A stretch of 64,000 bases of DNA. It comes from Chrysomallon squamiferum. Its lineage: Eukaryota > Animalia > Mollusca. A program made the position numbers and the translations under genes. The notes beneath the pieces are model-generated. The model saw only the letters and a list, made by a program, of their open reading frames with translations, had not been told where the DNA came from and made no database searches. The stretch is from the NCBI GenBank assembly GCA_012295275.1, contig CM022667.1, positions 8,804,001-8,868,000 on the forward strand, written 5' to 3'. Numbering within the stretch: the first letter of the stretch is position 1; the number at the start of each line of letters is the position of its first letter. Below are positions 56,701 through 64,000 of this stretch, one piece after another.

Positions 56701-58554
56701 CTGTAGCAGTTTGTGGACCTGTGAGTTGATCTCGCTATCTGCCGTGGTGACGAGCCCTGCGTGCACCAAGCTCAGATCCTGCTGCAGTCTTCCCAGAGGA
56801 TCTGTGATGATGACGACGATGATGTTGATAATAATTACAATAACGTAATACGAATAGCAATAACAACAACTAATAACAATAATAATAATAATAACAATAA
56901 ATATAACGATATTAATTATAATAATAGCAATAAATATAATCATGACAATAATAATTAAAAACAACAGTTGTAACAATAATAAATAAATAAATAAATAAAT
57001 AACACAGGATAAAATTATAAGTTTCTTAAATTAATAAAAACAAATTAAAAAAAAGCTTGAACTAAACTAAGATGTGATTTATTCTGTGTTCAAAACAAGC
57101 TAATTTTTATTTCTTTTCTTTTTTTTTAATAATAAAAAAAATGGAATTACATTAATTACAACATTTTCATCTTATATTAGCTCTTCTTTAAAAAAAAGAA
57201 GACAACACCAAAAATAACATTTATCCAATACTACCAACATTCTGAGATATAAAACTGTATTTTCTCAACAACAAAATTAGAGTTACCTTTTCCTCCTGTG
57301 AGACCTTTCTTCTCTGCTGACCTGTCACCAGGTGGCAGGAACACAGTGGTCTCGTTCAAACAGATCAGCTTCCCAGTCGACAGGGGAATGATTCTCGTTG
57401 CTTTCAGAGTTTCAAACACTTCGGAGTTCTCGTGGAATTCATCCAGACTGCGATACAGACAAGCCAGCCATTTTGCTACAACTGTCACATGCTCAGTTTC
57501 AACTGGAAAAAAAAAATAATAATAATAATAATAATAATAGTAATAATAATAATAATAATAATAAGAAGAAGAAATACTGGTTAAGAACTAAAGATAAGTA
57601 AAACACCCAGAATAAAAGTTAATTTTGTTTAAAAGCTGCTACTATTATATACATATAACTACTACTACAACTACTGCTACTATTACTATTATATCTATGA
57701 CTACTACTACTACAACTACTGCTATTACTATTATATCTATAACTACCACTACAACTACTGCTACTATTACTATTATATCTATAACTACTACTACAACTAC
57801 TGCTACTATTACTACTATATCTATAACTACTATTACTACTACTACAACTACTGCTACTATTACTATTATATCTATAACTACTACTACTACTACAAAAACT
57901 ACTGCTACTATTACTATTATTTCTATAACTACTACTACTACTACTACAACTACTGCTACTATTACTATTATATCTATAACTACTACTACCACTACTACAC
58001 AATTATATATATGTCTCACCAGACATCACATCCCACAACTGTGACAGCGTCTTTCCGATGCTCAGCAGGTGTTCCACTGTGATCTGTTCCACGCCCAGAC
58101 TCTGGGCAAGGCTGATTTTGAGAACTTGAGCCACATCGTCGTGCAGGTAGAACAGGTTGAGGTTCTTCTGCAGCAGTTCAGGGGAGATAACCTCCTTGAT
58201 CAGTGGGTCTCGGACAATGACGGTCTGTGAAGGTAGTTTCCACAAGATGGATCCTTTTTTGTTTTTTTAAAATATAAATAAACTGCAGGTTTAGTAAGTA
58301 AATGAGTTTGTAATTTAGATGCAGCAGGATCAGAGTCCGAGCTACTGAATAATTTAGATAAATAGTCATGTTCTGAAATATTAGCTAGATTTAATTTTCA
58401 TATGTAGTTCATTATACATGTATGTATGTGCGTATGTCTGTAAGTGTTTGTGAGTGTATGTTAATATGTGTGTGTGGCTTGTAGGTATATTTTTATGTGT
58501 AGGTGAGTATTTGTGTGCTTACTGTGGTGAGCAACATTTTATGTATAGGTGTAT

Positions 58555-58603
<49 letters not shown>

Positions 58604-59797
58604 TGTACATAGATCTATATGAAGGTGTCAGCGTATTTTTGTGTGTATGTACATTAGTGTCAACAGGTATTCATGTAAACATTGGAAATAAAATTAACAG
58701 TTTTTATATATGCTGTAAATATACAAATAAACAAACAGACAGACAAACAAGTAATCAACTGATTACGGCAAAAGATTTCACATTTATTTTTATACAATTC
58801 CAGATTTCATTAGTTAAAGTCTAAATTGATCACAATATAAAAACTATATTATTTTTCTACACAAACCTTTCTTGCTGGTCTGTACAGGAAGAAATTCCTT
58901 GGCTTTCAGTTTCTGCAGAATGCTGGAAGACACAGGACGGAAGAAATCAAGAATTTCATCTTCCAGTGGAATAAACTGCAGAAACTCTGTGAGTGCCTCC
59001 AGCTCTGAGAATTCCTGGAGAGACTGGAAAAAAAACAAAAACATGTAAAAGATTTATCACCTCCATTTTGAACACATAAACGATAACTTCTAATCCATTA
59101 TTTAACGAATAAAAAAGACTTCGAAGATTAAAAATAATAATTTTTAATCCGTGTTATTTTCAGTATTATTTTAAAACAGTCGACTTGAAACAGTTAATAT
59201 ATATTTTTTTTTATTACTTTGAATTTTTCGAGAGCTTCAATGAAGAGGACGTGGATCTCATTTCTCAGCCATTGGTTCCAAGGACTGTCTCTGTCAACGT
59301 CTTCACGACTGGAGGGAACGTCAAAGTCACCTGATTTAAAAACAACAGAATCTCAAACAATACCACAATCACGTTTAGTGTAGTAACAGTCATCATAATA
59401 GTCAGTTTTCTAACCATTATCATATTCAGTTTTCTAACCATTATCACAATTTTTAGTTTTCTAACCATTATCATAATAGTCAGTTTTCTAACCATTATCA
59501 TAATAGTAAGTTTTCTAACAATTGTCATAATAGTTATTTATCTAAAAATTATCATAATAGTTATTTATCTAAAAATTATCATTTAGATTTTAGTAACAAT
59601 TATCATGCTATTTATTTCTGTGACATTTATTGTAATGTTTATTTTTGTAACAAAAAAACAAGGACAGAAACAACTGTTTTAACTTCTTTATATTGTGTGA
59701 ATATCAGGTAAAGATGAATAAACATGAGATGATGTTTTACATACACTCTTCATAAACTTGCTGTAGAAAACTGAAGACAAGAATTGTATGCACAGTT

Positions 59798-59828
<31 letters not shown>

Positions 59829-60474
59829 CTGTGTGTCTGTGTGTGTGTGCATGCGTGTCTGTGCATGTGTATGTGTTTTATTTAAAATATTTACCCTGAA
59901 TGATGAATCTGAAACCATAACTTCTGAGAGGAAGGAAGGCAAACACTGGCTGTTTTGGTGGCAAAGCCTGAAAATAAACAAAAATAAAACAAACTACTCC
60001 ACAACTGCATCACATTTAATAATAAGAAGAAATAGAATTATTATTTTTATTGATGTTGTTATTGCTATAATTATCATCATCATCATCATCACCATGCTCA
60101 TTTTTATTATTAACAAATGCTGTGTAGATCCATGCTATTTCTATTATGTAACAAACTGAAAACATTATCTAAATGATCAGATTACATGAAAGAGTGACAG
60201 ATTCAGGTGTTAATCTTTCAAACAGTTTAAAATTTAATCAGATTTAAATCAACAAATAACCTGTGAGAAGAGCTTGTGATCCTTTGACTTGAGTGGGAAG
60301 GCAATCGCAATCTCTGTGGATTCGACCTCAATGCCTGACTTGGCCTGAAAAAGAGAAAAATTAAAAAAACAAAAATTAGTAAAATTTCTGCAGTTAACAT
60401 CACACCAAGACATACACAAAATAACTGTTAACAGAATTGTGCACTGATGGTTTATTTAACGAGAGAGAGAGAGA

Positions 60475-60506
<32 letters not shown>

Positions 60507-61591
60507 ACTGCATATGTGTGTACGTGTGTGTGAGTGCATGCTGCGTATGTGTGTCTGTGTGAGTGCATGCTGCGTATGTGTGTACGTGTGTGTGAGTGCA
60601 TGCTGCGTATGTGTGTCTGTGTGTGAGTGCATGCTGCGTATGTGTGTACGTGTGTGTGAGTGCATGCTGCGTATGTGTGTACGTGTGTGTTTGTGTGTGT
60701 GTGTCTGTGTGTGAGTGCATGCTGCGTATGTGTGTGTGAGTGCATGCTGTGTATGTGTGTACGTGTGTGTGAGTGCATGCTGCGTATGTGTGTACGTGTG
60801 TGTGTTTGTGTGTGTGTGTGTCTGTGTGTGAGTGCATGCTGCGTATGTGTGTATGCGTGTGTGTGTTTGTGTGTGTGTGTGTCTGTGTGTGTGAGTGCAT
60901 GCTGTTTATGTGTGTACGCGTGTGTGTGAGTGCATGCTGCGTATGTGTGTAATGCGTGTGTGTTTGTGTGTGTGTGTGTCTGTGTGTGAGTGCATGCTGC
61001 GTATGTGTGTCTGTGTGTGAGTGCATGCTGCGTATGTGTGTCTGTGTGAGTGCATGCTGCGTATGTGTGTAAGTGTGTGTGAGTGCATGCTGCGTATGTG
61101 TGTACGTGTGTGTGAGTGCATGCTGTGTATGTGTGTACGTGTGTGTGAGTGCATGCTGCGTATGTGTGTACGTGTGTGTGTTTGTGTGTGTGTGTATGTG
61201 TGTGTGTGTGTCTGAGTGTGTGTGTGCATGTGTGTGTTTGTGTGTGTGTGTGTGCATGTGTGTGTTTGTGTGTCTGTGTGTGAGTGTCTGTGTGTGTGAG
61301 TGTGTGTTTGTGTGTCTGTGTGTGTGTGTTTCTGTGTGTGAGTGTGCGTGTGCATGTGTGTGTGTTTGTGGGGGGTGTCTGTGTGTGTGTGTCTGTCTGT
61401 GTGTGAGTGTGTGCGTGTGTGAGTGTGCGTGTGTGGGTGTGTACCTGAAGAGAAACAGTGGATGCGTCCAGCATTTTCTTAGTGACCAGCCACCGGTCAA
61501 CGTTTCCATTGTACTCAATCTCTATGATGTTTTCACCCAGGTCACGTCGGATCATCGTCAGAGAACTGTTTTCAATCTGAAAATACAGAAA

Positions 61592-61626
<35 letters not shown>

Positions 61627-64000
61627 ATACTGTTTTCAATCTGAAAATACAGAAATACAGAAATAAATAAATAAATACTTTTTTCAGAACAAATAAAAAT
61701 CAGGACTAGGTATTTAATGTTGGGGTTTTTGGTTGTGGTTTTTTTTAAACTTTATATAAAATTTCTCTAAAAATTAAAATGTGCGTAAAATTCTATCATA
61801 TTAAAACTATTTATCTAAAAGTTGAAAACAAAAAAGTCAAATTACTGCAGAAAAAAAATCTTATCTTTTTATTAAAAATCTGAATAAAATTATTTAAAAA
61901 TGAAATAGCTGTACAGAAGAAAAAACCCAGAAATCCATAGTTCATCATAAAAAAACCCAAAAAAAACAACAACCAAATACGTATATATTCTTAAATTTAA
62001 AATTAGCTATAGAGCAGGAAATGAAAGATGCCAGACGGCAGAAGTTCTACCTTGTTCTCAATGATCATCTGTTTGAGTCTGTGCAGGAACAGAAGCAGTG
62101 ACGGATGGACATCGTTAAACCTGGCTGCCAGTGACCGAGTCTGTGACACCATCTCCGGTTTTAACGGAAGAAAGATTTTAGTCACCCACCTGGAAAAAAA
62201 TCACATCACTGCTGATTAACATACTCAGTAGTCTTTCATCCATCAAATACAAATACTTGTATATCAAATGTTATGGTGTGTGCTGTGCTGTCCAATATAA
62301 AACTATACAGAAACACTCCACAACTACTTACACAGCCACACCCTGGCATATTTTTTTATACAAAACAATTACAACTTAGCAACATACCACAGACACACCC
62401 AAACATACAAATATCCTACTTCCATAGATCTACTTACATTGATAAATGCTATTTATATAAATCTACTTATACACATCCTTACTAATAAAGATCCATATTC
62501 ACTTGGATCCTACTGGCATGGATCCTACTTCCATAGATCCATACTTACATAACTATTCCCTAACAATAATTATGTTTTGTGTCTTTATGACATACTAGTT
62601 TTGTACATAGAATGGTCATCTATGCAAATCAGGGACTGTATGTAGATATAAAAATATCTTTGACTTTAAATGTATGAAAACAGTAAGTTTTTAGCTTCTT
62701 GTGAGAACTACACACTGCAGAGCAGCAGACATGGGTTACAGAGTCAGTCATTGTGCTGTAATTGTGTCTTTAAACACATTTTCACTTCACTTGTGGATTA
62801 ATAAGGAAAGAAAATACTTAATTATATTGTTATCCTAAACATTTATTTTCAAGATGAATGTTAAATGTATTTTACATTTTTAAACATTTTTTAATTTTAC
62901 TGTTGTTGTTTTTAAATTACATTATTTATAATCCTAAAACTATAAATTTAACTTCACTTGTAGATCTGTAAGAAAATAAAATACTTACTAATTTTGTTAT
63001 CATCTCCATTCTTTTAATTTTTTATAATGAATGCTAATTTTATACAGAATATTTGTTTTAGTATATTTGATTAGTATTAACAATCCGAACTACTCATTAC
63101 AAGTTATGAAAATTTTGATACCTGTTCTCAATTTCTTCAGCTTCATCCAGCCAGTGAGGCAGAATGTATCCCATGGGGCCACTCTTCACATCAAAACAAA
63201 TATGGTAGCCATTGGAGTGAATTTCAGGTCTGTCAGTGACCCGAAACACAGATTTGAACCCAATACCTTTCTGACCTGAAAAACACACACTCTGTACCTT
63301 AACACAGTGTTCTGTCTTTTTTCTCTAACTTCACCTCTACGTGATAAGTTATTATCATTAATCAGGCTTGGAATGAAATATATTTATTTGTCAAAATATA
63401 ATTTTATGTGCATGTGGATATCTAGTTAATGTGATAGAAATTAGAACAAAATTATCTGTGAAAAAAATGTTCTCATATGCACATATGTACACTCATAATT
63501 ATGCACTCACATAAATACATGCACACATTCAGACATGTGTAGCCTACATACATATATTCAAATATACATACCTTGAGATTACAGCTGTCTGCTTGCAAAT
63601 TGCTCATCAAAACACAAAAACACAAGTATACACATACACACAGAGACAAACAGCAAAAACAACATATATACATATCCACATACAAGCAAACATCAGACAC
63701 ACAGTTGTACAGACGTGATTATACACAAAACATTGAGTTTATTTTTACCTATGTATCCAAACTTGTGTTTGCCTTTCGTACTTCGGCCCACATCGCAGAT
63801 AGCTCGGATGTTTATCTCGGCAAACCCACTCTCGTTGTTCAGGACCACTATGCCTTTGTCGTCTATGATGAACTTCACTGTGGGGCAGTCTGCGGACACG
63901 CCCTGCATCATTTCCTCGGGGTACGAGTTGTCGTCAGCATTCTGGACAAGCTCCAGCACGAAGTGAGTGTCCTTGCTGTACAAGTCCTTGGACAGCCGGT
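47824..64000 (-). CDS. NO VEIN (NOV)-like protein: sacsin-like GHKL/HATPase region plus C-terminal DUF3883 (NOV_C); 5' part beyond right edge
   Basis: [50 protein letters not shown]...SSRE at the N-terminal side; GRWGEQLV...WVN...ESGCPYDF...FVEVKST...FEISANE at the C-terminus. Exons include 63749-64000, 63122-63275, 62051-62189, 61445-61576, 60261-60344, 59895-59967, 59218-59330, ~58867-59023, 58020-58253, 57287-57502, 56620-56801, 56069-56270, 55401-55549, 53786-55025, 53155-53402, 52721-52911, 52169-52332, then several smaller exons and the last exon ~47824-48317. Confidence 0.9.
50490..50670. repeat. ~52-bp tandem repeat, ~3 copies
   Basis: GTTAACTAATAATTAAAATATGTATGTA..AGTATTAGAAAACT repeated. 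Confidence 0.7.
50858..51102. mobile_element. Possible hAT-type MITE remnant in NOV-like intron
   Basis: Right end TTTGAGAACTGCTG (reverse complement CAGCAGTTCTCAAA, hAT/Charlie-like TIR), left end CTGCGGGTTTTAAC, imperfect 8-bp flanks TTTTAGAT / GTTTAGAC. Confidence 0.35.
57640..57998. repeat. ~40-bp minisatellite, ~8 copies
   Basis: ACTACTACAACTACTGCTACTATTACTATTATATCTATA repeated. Confidence 0.9.
59385..59590. repeat. ~27-bp minisatellite
   Basis: AGTTTTCTAACCATTATCATAATAGTC repeated about 7 times. Confidence 0.85.
60476..61440. repeat. (TG)-derived minisatellite with GAGTGCATGCTGCGTATGTGTG unit
   Basis: Unit repeated many times over ~60520-61170, flanked by degenerate (TG)n. Confidence 0.95.

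Noticed and set aside
55684-58044. Val/Ile-, Ser- and Thr-rich ORFs
   Set aside because: Translations of (ACT)n-derived intronic minisatellites.
60400-61639. 372-395 aa His/Thr-rich ORFs
   Set aside because: Stop-free (TG)n minisatellite; only 61445-61576 is a real exon.
47824-64000. Sacsin (SACS) or bacterial contamination/HGT
   Set aside because: Only one ATPase module is visible and the C-terminus is DUF3883 rather than DnaJ/HEPN; the gene has many spliceosomal introns.

Overview
AT-rich, microsatellite-rich animal genomic DNA with spliceosomal introns, probably a spiralian and likely a mollusc given the PADRE-type TALE homeobox gene. Manual splicing supports six genes. (1) DHX38/PRP16 on the minus strand runs from ATG 30834 off the left edge. 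Its ~18.7 kb intron (343-19033) hosts (2) an opposite-strand, single-coding-exon LRR-FN3-TM receptor, whose likely promoter has four tandem metal-response-element cores before a TATA box. (3) A 306-aa secreted prepro-protein with no family I recognise, only partly seen by the ORF track, lies head-to-head with (4) LRRC69. (5) A spiralian-type TALE homeobox gene with a PADRE-like domain. (6) A NO VEIN-like sacsin-type GHKL ATPase/DUF3883 gene running off the right edge. DHX38 shows two apparent frame-breaking lesions and several tandemly duplicated 3' splice sites. All calls come from reading and translating by eye; no database search was run.
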